From the NCBI GenBank assembly GCA_013265495.1, contig MU057635.1:1-64000 (forward strand): a DNA stretch of 64,000 bases. The letters are read 5' to 3'. The position numbers were made by a program, and so were the translations under genes. The notes under the pieces were generated by a model. That model was not told where the DNA came from. It did not search any database and saw only the letters and a list, made by a program, of their open reading frames with translations. This DNA is from Vicugna vicugna. Taxonomy: Eukaryota. Each line of letters opens with the position of its first letter. The first letter of the stretch is position 1. Of this stretch, positions 27,201-39,999 are shown piece after piece.

Positions 27201-28309
27201 ACCTTCCATCCCATCTCTGTGGGCTCCACTGCATACATCTCCCATCAGACTTGGGGACCAAACTAGAACAATATTACTAAGATATTTTTCCATGTTTTTC
27301 AAATTATCTATAATAGATATGTAATGTATGGAATGCTAGATTGGAGTTTCATGTTTGTATGTGCATATACTTTCTAGATTGAACTCTCATATGCATAATA
27401 TCTTAGGTAAATGTACTGAATAGCTATAAATATCTGATTTGTGTTCTCCTAAGATGAATTTGGAAGCAAAAATAATAAAGATGGAATTTCTCTATCAGAA
27501 ATTAAAACTTATTTTAAATCTACATTAGTGATAAGAATTTGGCTTAAATAAACAAACTGGTAAAAAATAAGAAAAAAATTAACAGAAATGGATTCATTTA
27601 GGGTACAATGAAAGGTAACATCACAAATTGGTGAGAAAATAAAGGGTTGCTTAAAAGAGAGCAGGAAGAAATAGGTTAAAATGTCAGGGGAAAAGTTACA
27701 TATTTTTATATATTTTCAGTATTTGTTTTTTATAATCAATATGTATTATTTTTGTAATTAAGTATGATTTAACTATTAATATTAATGGCATTAAAATGGT
27801 GTTCACAAAAATAGTCTGTTTGAAACATAAACCTTGTACTATCAAGTAAAAATCAATGTTCAAATTTGTATACAGCACATGATTACAATTTTATTTTATC
27901 AATTATAATAATATATGTGTATAAAATATTGAGAAAAAATATAAAAAAACACAAACATAAATAATCTTTTGGTTTAAGACATAACACTCATACAAGTTAT
28001 TTTTTCACATCTCTTTGTATTGTCTAGTTATTTATAATAAACGTGTGCTTTTATAATCTGGAAAACATATTCATAAAATGCAGTCTAGATAGATTTTCCA
28101 AATATCAAAATTGCCTGCTTTACATGAAACAGTGAGACAACTCTACTATAATGATGACAAATGATCATGTTTACCTGAAATGTCAGAGGAAACCCACATT
28201 AGGGGTTACTAGTCATATCCTCTCATCATGATCACCATGAACATGTATAGCAACAACCTCATCAGTTTATCATCCCAGCATTTGCAGAGTGTTAAGGGGT
28301 TTAATCACT

Positions 28310-28530
28310 GCAGTGTGAATTAGAAAGAGAGAAAATTTGGAATCAAGGGATTTGACTCTGTACTACTAAGTGGCTGAGTGACTTTGGGTAAGTCATTTAA
28401 TCTCTCTGTGCCTAGGATTCCAAATGCTATAAATGGAGACAATAATCTTCTCACTAATTTCTTTGAGGATTAAACATGCAGTGATGTAAAAGTGAGCACT
28501 AAACTATAATTGAGTGTTACTTATGATTAT
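28310..28530 (+). mobile_element. MIR fragment
   Basis: gtgactttgggtaagtcatttaatctctctgtgcct...tataaatggagacaataat MIR core. Confidence 0.75.
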
Positions 28531-28616
28531 TTTTAAATCTATTGATTTATATTCTATCCTATCTCTGAAGAATTTATGAGGCTGGTTCCACCCAAAGACC
28601 TAAAAATAAAAAAAAA

Positions 28617-28695
28617 NNNNNNNNNNNNNNNNNNNNNNNNNNNNNNNNNNNNNNNNNNNNNNNNNNNNNNNNNNNNNNNNNNNNNNNNNNNNNNN
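28617..28695. other. Assembly gap
   Basis: Run of N. Confidence 1.
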
Positions 28696-29020
28696 TCATG
28701 ATGGCAGAGAGACTCACAGCTCAGCCTCTCCCACAAATACTCCAAGAATTACATCTACAAATCCACTGAATCACACAGAACACCTGCTGAACTCTGGCAG
28801 TGTCTCTCACTTTAAAATACAGGAAGATTCTCACAAAATCTGATAAACAACAAGTCCATACTGTATAGCACAGGGAACTCTATTCAATATCTTATAGTAA
28901 CTTATGGTGAAAAAGAATATTAAAATGAATATATGCATGTTCATATGTGACTAAAATATTATGCCTTACACCAGAAACAGACACAACATTGTAAACTGAC
29001 TATACTTCAATTTAAAAAAA
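28696..29020 (+). mobile_element. Bipartite L1: 5'UTR start fused to 3'UTR end (probable spliced L1)
   Basis: 28696-28842 resembles an L1 5' terminus (gatggcagag..agctcagcctctcccacaaatac..acatctaca..acagaacacctgctgaac). 28843-29020 is L1 3'UTR (ataaacaacaag..ctgtatagcacagggaac..tatacttcaattt plus A tail). Confidence 0.7.
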
Positions 29021-29482
29021 TGCAAAGATATCTGTATATAAAAAGGAGAGACCACAAACAGATCAAGCATTTTGATTAAGACAGTGGCCAAAATTGAGTT
29101 TAAATCTGAGTCCTGAAAGTCACAGTGGTTCTCAGAACTATAAAATAAAAGAAAGCACATAATTATTTACACAAAATGTAAGTAATTAGCAAAATGTGTA
29201 AGTACTTTACAGTGATTTTAAAACACATTTTGAAAGAGGATTATAAATCTTGATATGAGAACATTCTGTTTGCTAAGAATAAGACACAACTCTTTGCTTA
29301 GCCAAAAGGAAGTTTGTTATAAGTTAAAGGAATGTCCCACACTGAATGATGTTGATCCTCAAAAATTGAAACTGGGAACTCTATCACAGACAGAATCCAA
29401 TGTTACTCATTTCTAGGTTCTAAACACTAAGTTGTCACAGACACTTAGTCATTTTAAATGAGCAGATCCTTAAACTGCTATT

Positions 29483-30413
29483 TTATGAAAGATTTCTCTT
29501 AATCATCTGCTGTAAGGCTTGGATAACATCCCTGTTTCTCATACTGTAGACCAACGGGTTCAGTATTGGGCTCAAAATACTATAAAAGACTGCAATTATT
29601 TTGGACTGCTTGACAGAATTCTCTGATGGGGACCTTAAGTATATGCAAAAAAGTGTTCCATAAAATATAGTGACTGTTGTCAGGTGGGAACCACAAGTAG
29701 AAAAGGCTTTGTGCCTGCCTTCTGTAGAGCTGATCCTCAAGATGCCGGCCATGATGAAAACGTAGGACAGGAGAATGATGAGGAGAGAGCTGCAGAGGGT
29801 AAAACCAGCAACTGCAAACATTGCCATCTTCTTGACTCAGGTGTAGAGCAAGCCAGCATCATGAGAGGAGGGTCAGCACAGTAGAAATGGTTGATTTCAT
29901 GGGAGCCACAGAAGGACAGGTGGAAAGTCAGCAGTGTCTGAGAGAGCCCATGAAGGAAGCTACAAGAGTAATGGACAGTGACTAGAAAGAGGCAGATGCT
30001 CTTGGACATCCTGCTGCTGTAATGTAAAGGGCTGAAAATGGCAACATAGAGATCCAACGCCATTGATGCAAGGATATAAAACTCTGTGATCACCAGGGCA
30101 ATGAAGAGCAGACACTGTGTGAAACATCCAGCATAGGAGATGGTCTTCTGATCTGAGAGGAAATTGTACAGCATATTTGGAGTGATGTTGGATGAATAGC
30201 AAATGTCTACAAAGGACAGGTGGCTGAGGAAGAAGTACATGGGGGTTTGGAGGTGAGCATTGGTCCTGATCAGCACGATCATGCCCAGGTTCCCTGCCAG
30301 TGTGACTAGGCAGATCACCAGAAACACCCCAACAGGGTCTTCTGTAACACTGAGTTGTCTGTGAGTCCCAGGAGAATGAATTCTGTCACCAGAGTGTGGT
30401 TTGGGGAAGACAT
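29483..30413 (-). pseudogene. Second OR5M1/OR5M10-like olfactory receptor pseudogene
   Basis: ATG 30413 reads [19 protein letters not shown]. Same 1-bp deletion as the first copy, near 30331; an extra 1-bp deletion near 29844 and CGA to TGA near 29838; DRY to DLY and AIC to AIF; C-terminal ORF 29483-29827 has KAFSTCGSH and PILNPLVYSMRNRDV. Confidence 0.9.
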
Positions 30414-30643
30414 TTTCTTGTCCCTTGAAAAACTGAATAGACAAAAAAGATGAAGAATTCTGTCTAACCCAGACTCTGCATTTATTCCATTCTTGTGTCA
30501 TTTACTTTTGATCTATTTAGGGGAAATTACTCTTCTCAATTAATGCATCAGAATGTTTCCATAATTATTTTCACTTTACGTCTCTGTGTTAACTCTCTCT
30601 ATATATCTCAAACACACACTTCCAAACTCTTTCTGTCTTAATT

Positions 30644-30669
30644 GTGTGTGTGTGTGTGTGTGTGTGTGT
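30644..30669 (+). repeat. (TG)n microsatellite
   Basis: Directly visible. Confidence 0.95.
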
Positions 30670-33339
30670 ACAATTTTTACCTGTATTCTTGGAGAGCTTC
30701 ATATTTGGTATTTTTTCAAATTTTGTGAAAAAGAAAGCCAAAGGAATAAAAATGAGATATGAAAAGCAGCAGATCATTTGCATCATTCAAGTGGACAAAT
30801 GAAGGGAGCTGAATTTCTAGGTTCCCTCCAGCTTTGATAGACTAGTGTTTCAGATACAAAATAGAAGACACACTAAGTACAGCATTTTCACTTGAAACTC
30901 ATATTTGTCTGGCTTAATTGCATTCAGAGGATGTTGAATTAGTAAATTTATCTCTTGCTATATGGCCAAGAAGGTACAGAATGAAGAATTGTTCTCTCTG
31001 CTTGGTAAATTCACCCACTCATTATTTATGTACACTGCAAATATTGATTTTTTTCTGTTCTAAGTTCCGAGGTTACAGCAGTGAAGAAATTCCCCAGCCT
31101 CATAAGCATATATTGTAGGGGAAGGAATAGATACTAAACACACAGCCAAGGATTCACCACAGAATTTCAGTTAGAAGAAAATATTATGAAGAAAAATAAA
31201 TGTGGGGTGCTTTCAGATGGCCATTCAGAAAAGGTCTCTCTGAGAAGGCAGAAATGGAACAGTAAATAAAGAATTCAAGTATCTGGAGAAAAATGTGGAA
31301 GTTTTCTTTGTCCCCTATTTTTGCAACTAACATAAAAGAAATTTGTTTAGGGATGCACATTAGGATAATGTTTAAACGTGGACTTAGTTCCCAGCTGTAT
31401 CCACTGTCTCCGGTTTGTTAGTTTTTTTTTTTTGAAGAAAATAAGATATAACTGGAAAAAAATGTGCATTAATAATTTCACCCTAATGCTATTTTATTTA
31501 GTTTTCACATATACATCAGAAAAGCCTGCCAAAGCTGACTTACTATATTTTCTAAAAACAAGGTGGGAAGATTTATAATACATTTCTTAGGAACATTCGC
31601 TAGAGTATTTTTACAATAAATTTAAAAAGCCAATTAAAGTAGTTTATATTTCTCAAGGATATAACCTTTGATGTGTTGAGGCCTCAGATTCTTCTTTGAA
31701 GCCAAAATCTCTGCCAAACATCTGTGTATTCTGTTCACTATTAGCACCTGAGATCTTTAAAACAGATTGAGAAATCAGCCATCAGTTTTATGGAATATGG
31801 GAGGAGGAGAATGTGGGTAGATAAGTTTTATATTTTTAGTATATAAAAATGAGAGTATCCTCATCAGAAGGCTTCAGTGTTTCTCCATAAACACTGAGGT
31901 AAAGTCATCTAATAAGACTGAAAAGTAAGAATATAAAAGAGATGCAAGATTTGAGGAGCAGAGTGTGAGGAACAGAAAAGTGAGCCATGGGAGGAAGGAA
32001 GTCAGGGGGAAGGCTCATTTGGAGAGTGGCATCATGGGCTTATCCTGAAACCAATCTGCCCTAATGAGCTGATTTCATCAGTACTCTAGGAAACAAAGAT
32101 GGGTTTGAGTATCAAGATCATTCATAAAATTGATGATTCATAAAGCTGGTGATTTAGGAGGAGGTTTCAAAGTGGAATGAAGATTATTTGGACAGTATCA
32201 ATTCCTTGGCACCGTGTTTGTTAGAGAATAAGGAATCGAGAGATGACCGGGCTAGTCTGTATCTTCCAAGGCACTGTTAATTCCAGTCAACACAGTCATA
32301 GGAATTAAAAGTGTGCTCTCACCAAGACAAGAGAGAAATCTTTAATTATGTTAGATCTTCAAATGATGGGTTACACTGTAAGAAAGCAGCCAGTGAGATA
32401 AAGCTGTATAGCAATACAAAAATGTAGATTTTTACCAATGTATCACATCAGAGAAAATTTGAGCAGTACCATGTATTTTTCAAATTGAGGTGGAAAGACT
32501 TCTGTATCTCAAATTTGATGTGCTTTTTCCTGATTCTTTGTAAATATAAAATAATACAATTTAAAGAATAAAATCTATTGCTTAAAGATTCCCATGAAAT
32601 AACAGTTTTTTGTTTGATTTTAGAGCTCATTATAGGATTGTAAAGTGCACATTTCCTGTTCCCTTAACATGGAGAGTCCTTGTTTTACAAAAAAAAAGTT
32701 GAAGATTTGGTCCATCTTTAAGCAGAATGTCAGCTTTTAGTTTGAAGGAAAATTTTTCCTAAAGTACTTATGTATGTGTTTTCTGATATGCTTTAAAATA
32801 CAATAGCATTACAATAATCATAACATTTACAAAAGCTTTTTACAAGAGATAGGACTACTCGATAGTAATTGAATGGGTAGCTGAAAGGTAGTGTATTTGC
32901 TCTTTCAGATCTGGAAGGGCAAAGTATCAATATTTTTCAGTATGGGATCCCTTGATCAGAAATCCACAACAAGAATTTGATGCTTATTTTTTTATATATC
33001 ATGATGAATAAGATTAGAGGGCACAGACTTTACCCAAATGTATGATGCTAACTCAAAAAAAGGGTTTTATTCATTCTCATTTTATTTTCTAGAAAGTCTC
33101 CAGATGATTGTGTTTAAATTATACTTGAAGACATGAATTCCTTCCTTAATATCACTCTGCTTCAATTCCAATGACTAACTGATGTGTGTCTGTTAAAAGA
33201 ACACTTAATGACTTTAGCTACATGAATGTCACAGCAGCAGCCTTATAGTTGGAAACATCCCACTGCCATTGTAAATTTGTTACTTGTGTTTTTGTGATTA
33301 TTTAATTGGCTTATTTTTTGAGTTGTAGCAGATTAAACA

Positions 33340-34395
33340 TTGTACTGGAAGCTCTAATCTATATAATAAAGTTATGCTGATTGGAAAGGAGAAAACAAAA
33401 TTATGTTATTCACAGGTCACATGAGAGTTTACATAGAGTCTCCTTTTAAAATAAGCAAAAGAAATATTAACTAGAATTATTGTGCTAAACATTTTGCAAT
33501 ATATACTAATATTAAATCATGTTATACATCTGAATATTTTTTAATATGCAAAAGTAAAATTAAGGGTATGTTTTGGAAGGTCACATGACTACAAGATCAA
33601 TATACATAGATTATTTACATTATTATGTAGAAACCAACCACAACTGGAAAAAAAAGTAATATTTCTTATAATAACAACAAAAGCATAAACCACTTAAAAT
33701 GAATATTAAAAAACTGGAAGAGTTAGAAACTTAACTATAAAACACTGCAGAGAGAAATTAAAGAAGACCTAAAGGATGGAGAAATATATTTAATTGTTCA
33801 GAATATTTAATATTTTTAAGTTGCCATTTTTTCCAAAATCGATTGATAGTTTTAATGCCAGTCCAGTCTACATTTCAATTGGCTTATTTTTAATGGATAA
33901 ACTGATTGTAAAATATATAGAGGTATAAAAAAGATTTATATTCATCAAAACAATTTTGAAAGAGAAGAAAAATTATTAAATAATTCACACTATCTAATTT
34001 TAAGAGTTAACAAGAAACTACAGTACTCAAAACAATGTGCAGATCCAAAGATAGCAAACAGATTAATGATACAGAATAGAAAATCCAGTAATATGTCCAC
34101 TCATATATAGTGAATGGATTTTAGAACAAAAGTATAAATGTATTTCAATGGAGAATGTTATTGGAATAATTGATATCTATATAGAAAAAAATTAACTTCA
34201 ATCCCTATATCACCATAATCAAATATTTCTATATTAATTTGATGTGAATCATAAGACTAAATGTAAATGCTATGTCTACAAGTTCTCTTGGGAAAGGAAA
34301 AATAGAAGAAAGTCTTTATAATCATGAGGTTTTCAAAAATTTCTTAGGAAGGACAGAAAAAGCATTAATTTTGACACAAAAAATATTGTGACACA
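33340..34395 (+). mobile_element. Ancient L1M ORF2 fragment
   Basis: gattggaaaggagaaaacaaaattatgttattcacagg, tataaaacactgcagagagaaattaaagaagacctaaa, aaaacaattttgaaagagaaga, acagaatagaaaatccag: decayed ORF2. Confidence 0.8.
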
Positions 34396-34409
34396 AAAAA
34401 TTACTACTA

Positions 34410-36228
34410 TAATTGCTTCAGGGCACCACAAACTGTTCCCATATAAGTAAAATTAATCAATATTGTGTGTGCTCCGACTTCTCCACTAACCAGTATTCCC
34501 CATCTCCTTCCCTCTACTAGGGCTTCCCATTCCTTGAGAAACAATATTGGAATTAAGTTAGCTAATAACCCTACAATAACACCAGACCCAGAAGATCTAG
34601 CTAAAGTAATTAATGAGGACGACTATACTAAACAACAGATTTTCAGTGTAGATGAAACATCCTTATATTGGAAGAAAAAAGTGACTCTGTCAGGGTCACC
34701 AATTACATGTTGGGGAAAACAACGCCATTTCATTTGTCAGCCTCTTCCTATTTGGCTGGTGACCTTCAGGATCTCTTTCGTTAGTACACTATTTTCATAA
34801 ATTAAAGCAATAAAATTGTTGTGGGGCAGAACAATATTGACATATTGGCCACTTGAGCTGTATAGTCCCTAGAAGCAGGCTGAGTGTCAAGTGACAGGCT
34901 GACTTCCTTGTTAGAGATTAATATAGCTTGTGACTTAAAATTGAAGCCAATGCTTATTCACCATTCCAAAAGTCATAGGGCCCTTAAGAAGTACACAAAA
35001 TCTACTCTACCTGTGCTCTATAAATGAAACAATAAAGCCTGGAGGGCAGCACATCGCTTTACAGTGTGGTTTCTGACTATTTTAAGCCCATTGCTGTGAT
35101 CTACTGTTCAGAGAAAAAACTTTTTTTTCAAAATATGATTACTCAGCAATGTTGCACCTGGTCACTCAAGAACTCTGATGGAGATGTAAAACAAGATTAA
35201 TTTGTTTTTAATGCCTGCTAACACAACATCCTTTCTGCAGTCCAAGGATCAAGGAGTCATTTTGACTTTCATGTCTTATTGTTTAAGAAACACATTTTGT
35301 AAGGTTATGGCTGCCATCGATAGTGATTCCTCTGATGGATCTGGGCAAAGGAAACTGAAAATCTTCTGGAAAGGATTCTCCATTCTGGAGGCCATTAATA
35401 ACATTTGTGATTCTTGGGAAGATGTCAAAATATCAACACTAGCAGGAGTTTGGAAAACATGGATCCCAACCTTCAAGGGATCCACAAGTCTGAGGGGTTC
35501 AAGATTACAGTGGAGGAATAACTGCAGATGTGGTGGAAACAGCAAGAGAACTGGAATTAGAAGTAGGGCCTGAAGGTGGGACTGAGTTGTTACAACTTTA
35601 TGATCAGAATTTAATGGATGAGGAGCTGCTTCTCATGGATGAGCAAAGCAAGTGGTTTCTTGAGATAAAATCTACTCTTGGTAAAGATGCTGTGAAGACT
35701 GTTGAAATGAGAGCTAAGAATTTAGAATATTACGTGAACTTAGTTGAAACGGCAGTGGCAGAGTTTTTGAGGACTGACTACAATTTTGAAGGAAGCTCTA
35801 CTGTGGATAAAATGCTATGGAACAGGATTGCATGCTACAGAGAAATTGTTTGTGTAAGGAAGGATCAAATGATGTGACAAACTCCATTGTTGTCTCATTT
35901 TAAGAAATTGCCACCTAATATTCAGCAGCTGCCATCCTTATCAGTCAGCAATCATCAACATGGAGGCAATACTTTCCTCCAGCAATAAAATATGACTCAC
36001 TGAAGGCTCAGGTGATGCTTCACAGTTTTTCCAAATAAAATATTTTTAACTAAGGTATGTACATTGTTTCTTAAAGACATAATGCTATTGCACACCTAAT
36101 AGACTATAGTATAAATGTAACTCTTACATGCATTGGGAAACCACAAAAAATGTGATTTGTTTTATTGTGATATTCACTTTATTAGAGTAGTCTTGAACCA
36201 AACCCACAATATCTCTGAGGTATGCCAG
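34410..36228 (+). mobile_element. Tigger1 (TcMar-Tigger/pogo) DNA transposon, decayed and internally deleted
   Basis: Transposase remnants PEDLAKVINEDDYTKQQIFSVDETSLYWKK, FLMPANTTSFLQSKDQGVI, AAIDSDSSDGSGQRKLKIFWKGF and VETARELELEV; 3' TIR-like caatatctctgaggtatgccag followed by TA at 36229. The 5' TIR was not found. Confidence 0.92.
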
Positions 36229-36390
36229 TACTGGGTTTTATACCTCTGAACAGGGAGTTGAAATGGGATATTTGGTTATTTTCAAGCATGTAAGCTCTGT
36301 GGAATAAGTGGGATTTATGCAGAGTGACCGTATTCCCCAGGATGCCTGAGACATTTGGTCCAACTCTGCTATCAGATAAAAAGCCTCACT

Positions 36391-36533
36391 GGGGGATGTC
36401 ACAGCTCAGGGATAAAGCACCTACCCAGCATGCACGAGGTCTTGGGTTCAATCCCCACTACCTCCAGAGGTTAAAAAATTAATAAATAAACCTAATTACC
36501 TCCCCCAAAAAATAAAAAGGAAAAGAAAAATTT
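36391..36533 (+). mobile_element. tRNA-derived SINE (camelid Vic-1-like) with 13-bp TSD
   Basis: gggggatgtcacagctcagg..agcatgcacgaggtcttgggttcaatcccc..aataaataaacctaattacctcccc plus A-rich tail; TSD AAAAAGCCTCACT at 36378-36390 and 36534-36546. Confidence 0.9.
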
Positions 36534-36634
36534 AAAAAGCCTCACTACAGAATGAAATGGACCCAGGGTGAATGGAAGTGGACTGGTCATTTCTAAGTTA
36601 CCTCCAAGTCCTAAAATCCCATGCTTTGATGATT

Positions 36635-37602
36635 CTAAGTACAGAGGCAAAAAGAGGTTGTTTTAAAATTTTTACCTAAGGAAATTTTGACTTCCTTGTT
36701 TCTCAGACTATAGATGAGAGGTTTTAACATGGGGATGACCCCTGCATAAAACACAGACACCACTTTGTCTTTGTCCATCACATAGCTGGAGCTGGGTTGC
36801 AGATACATGAACAGGATTGTGCCAAAAAAGATGGTGACCACCATCAAGTGGGAAGCACAGGTGGAGAAGGCTTCATACCTCCTGTTCACTGGATGGATCC
36901 TCAAGATGGCCATGAGAATGTAGAGATAAGAAGTGAGAATAGTCAGGAGGCAGCTCTCAGTTCATTAAAACTGGAAAAAGCAAAAATGAGAACTTCATGG
37001 ACATGTGTGTCAGAACAAGAGAGTTTCAGGACAGGTGGAACGTCACAGAAAAAGTGGTTGATGACATTTGAGTGGCAGAAAGACAGTTGGAAGGTAAGGC
37101 CAGTGTGAATGGCGGCATTTATAAAGCCTGCAAAATATGTGGCCAATACCAGCATGATATTAAGATGGGGGGACATAGTGACTGTGTAAAAAAGAGGCTA
37201 GCAGATGGCCACATAACAGTCATAGGCCATCACGGTCAACAGGAAGCCCTCAATGCCAGCAAAAGAACCAAAAAAGAAGAACTGAGTGGCACATTCATTG
37301 AATGAAATGACTGGGATGTCCACCCAGAAATTTACTAGCCTATTAGGGGCAATGACAGAAGAATAACAGAAGTCAACAAGGGGCAGATTGCTGAGGAAAA
37401 AGTACATGGACGTGTGGAGATTTGAGTCAATCTTGATTAACAGGATCATGCCAAGATTTCCAAGCACAGTGATCATATAGATGACTAGAAATACCATAAA
37501 AAGAAGAAACTGTAGGTCTGAATGATTACTGAATCCCCAGAGAATAAATTTAGTCACTGTTGAATGGTTGCTCATACTTTTGTCTCTGAATAGATGATTC
37601 AT
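36635..37602 (-). pseudogene. Olfactory receptor family 5 pseudogene (OR5AP1-like paralog of OR5AP2)
   Basis: Three ORF pieces join into one [57 protein letters not shown], and [28 protein letters not shown] at 37198-37200; 2-bp insertion near 36956; acceptor-like tttcttatctcag just before the ATG. Confidence 0.9.
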
Positions 37603-37879
37603 TTGCTGAGATAAGAAACCAAGGAAATAAATTACACAAAAATATCAGGGGAATCAAACAGCTTGTTTTTTGCTGTAGGTAAGGTTATTTCCAAGATGTC
37701 CTAAGAACATGAAAAAACCTCTTTTCTTTTTTACTATCAAAAAACAACAACAAAACAAGGTAACTAAACACTAAAGTAACTTACTTTATTTAAAAGTGAA
37801 TATTTATGCTCATGTTTGTGTGAAGGCTTTGATAGTCTATCTTTCTATATCCTAACCTACTCCTCAAATTTTATCTCCT

Positions 37880-38850
37880 CCCCTCTTGATCATACTACCT
37901 TCACTACCTGTCATCCAATTCCTCTGCATTCCTCTTGCAATTAAATGTATGATACAGTTGAATAGACCTGCTGTATCCAGTTCTATTTTTCCTGTTTTCT
38001 CCTAAACCCACTCTAATCAGGCTTTCATCCCATCACTCCACAGAAACTGATCTCTTCAAAGTCATCAGGAGTCTTTATGTTGCCAAACCCAGTGGTCAAT
38101 TCTCAGCCATCATTTTGATCTATCCATAACATTGGGCAGAGGTGATGGCTAACTACACCTTGAAAAAGTTCCTTCTTTTCCAGGACACCAGACTCTGAGT
38201 GTCCCTCTTACCATGTGGTTGTTCCTTCTCAGTCTTCATTTATTCCTCTTCTTTTCTCTGACTCTTAAGGTTGGAGTCACTCAGAACTCACATCTTGACC
38301 CTCTTCTCTGTCCTGCTTACACTCTACCTTGTTGATCTTACTCAGTCTCATGACTTTAAATTCTGCCTACGTACTTACAACTCCTGAATGTACGTATTTA
38401 ACCCTGACCTCTTTTCCAAACTCAACTTACAATTTAGTTGCTTACTCATGTCTCCACATTAATATTGAATAGTGGCTCAACATGACCCAAATCTGATTTG
38501 CTCATGACCTCCTTAAATGTATTCCAAGTATAGCATTCCCTGTCTCAAGCCAGTGACAGCTCTCCACTCATATTTGTCCAAATAAAATTAAATATAAATA
38601 AATAAATACTAGAGAAATCATTCTTTCTTCTTTCCCACACACTCTATAACCAGTCTCTAAGATAATTATATTGTCCCTACCTTGAAGATATCTATATCAA
38701 GAATCCAACAACCTCCTACCACCTCCATTCCTATCGTGAAGGCTCAAGCCAACAATCATCTTCCACCTACATAACTACAATAGTCTTTTGACTGATCTTT
38801 CTATCCCTAAACTTGGCTAAAATATTATCCTGTAAAATACCACTTTTAAA
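37880..38850 (+). mobile_element. LINE-2 fragment
   Basis: aaacccactctaatcaggctttcatccc..gttgccaaacccagtggtcaattctcag..catccagtctcatg-like region..ccagaatcc-like motif: L2 ORF2 3' region. Confidence 0.8.
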
Positions 38851-39999
38851 AATTTACAGCCATTTTATAAAGCTCTACTTTATGCATAATATACAAATAC
38901 AATTTTTATATGTAACAAACATATAAATTGACATAAATGGAATATTAGCCTATACGATATATATGATCCTATATGTATGTGTATGTGTATACATATGTGT
39001 TTGTGTATATGTAGATAAAGGCTGAAAATTGCAGTCATTTTCTCAACGGGTGCATAAAAAGCATAAAATAATTTGCTCTTACACGCACACATGCCAGGTA
39101 TTTTGGCGCTCCTTCTGCACAAAATTAATTAAATTTTCCTGCTTTATACACACACACAAATTCATACCACATATACATATATTCGCACACATATGCATGT
39201 ATTCATATATGTATGTGTATGCACATGTTGAATATTTGAAAAAAAAATCATCTGTTATAAGTCACCCTAAATTTCTCTCTTCTAAAAAAATCCAGGTTAG
39301 TTCAGTTGATACTATTAAATTCAGTGTTTCAAACATATTGCAATTAAGATATTTAATCTTAATTACTTGAATGTTTTTTGAGTCCTCCTGGAAAATTCTA
39401 TACCTCAACACTTTGAAATAAATTAAATCATCTTACCTTTTGTCCTTAAAACAATATTCCCAAAGTAGTGGTGTCTATTTAGTTTAGTTTTATTTTTTGG
39501 GTATTGGAGGAATACAAGTTTTCTTCCTTACAATGTGAAATTCATAGCTTTGATGAAAATGGAAGTGGCATCACATATTCAGCTGTGGTAGAATTAAGGC
39601 ATAGTTATGAAATTAAGCATGAGTAAAAGGAGTAGAAACAATGCTGCTTCTGAATCTGAGGCAGAATTTCAGCCTATTAAGTTTGTGACAATGCTCTTGA
39701 GATTTAATCATCTCTGCAAAACAGGAAAAAGTCTGAAGCTTGAAATGTGCTAATCCAAAATTAAGACATTCATTTATTTTTCACTCAGATAATTGAACTA
39801 CATTCTCCTCAATGAACCATCTATACTCTGGGGAGTAACTTAGGCATTGAGAGAAATACAAAATCACTTTTACAGTCTTGAACCTCCATTGTGCACAACA
39901 TTGAATTAAATGGTACAGGATTGATTAGATCCTGCCTCTAAATTTCAGAATTGCACTTAAAATAAAATGTCTACTCCTTTCTATTAGAATATAATTCAC

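Larger units (their letters stand above)
22975..31980 (+). repeat. Second unit of an old tandem segmental duplication of ~11780-21530
   Basis: Collinear homology by eye: 12480-15660 vs 24220-27270, 15900-16285 vs 27310-27700, 17620-17940 vs 27710-28010, 19190-21530 vs 29470-31980, with many substitutions and indels outside coding sequence. Confidence 0.88.

Noticed and set aside
29737..30501. 254-aa ORF with a novel N-terminus fused to OR sequence, as a possible rescued or chimeric receptor
   Set aside because: It results from the TM1 frameshift joining off-frame upstream sequence. It lacks a proper TM1 start and glycosylation site, and a second frameshift near 29844 removes TM5-7.
34465..35877. 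Tigger ORFs as a domesticated TIGD-type gene
   Set aside because: Fragmented by stops, frameshifts, an internal deletion and an insertion.
36391..36470. tRNA-like sequence here and at 14180-14250 as tRNA genes
   Set aside because: Degenerate stems, AT-rich tails and TSDs mark them as SINEs.
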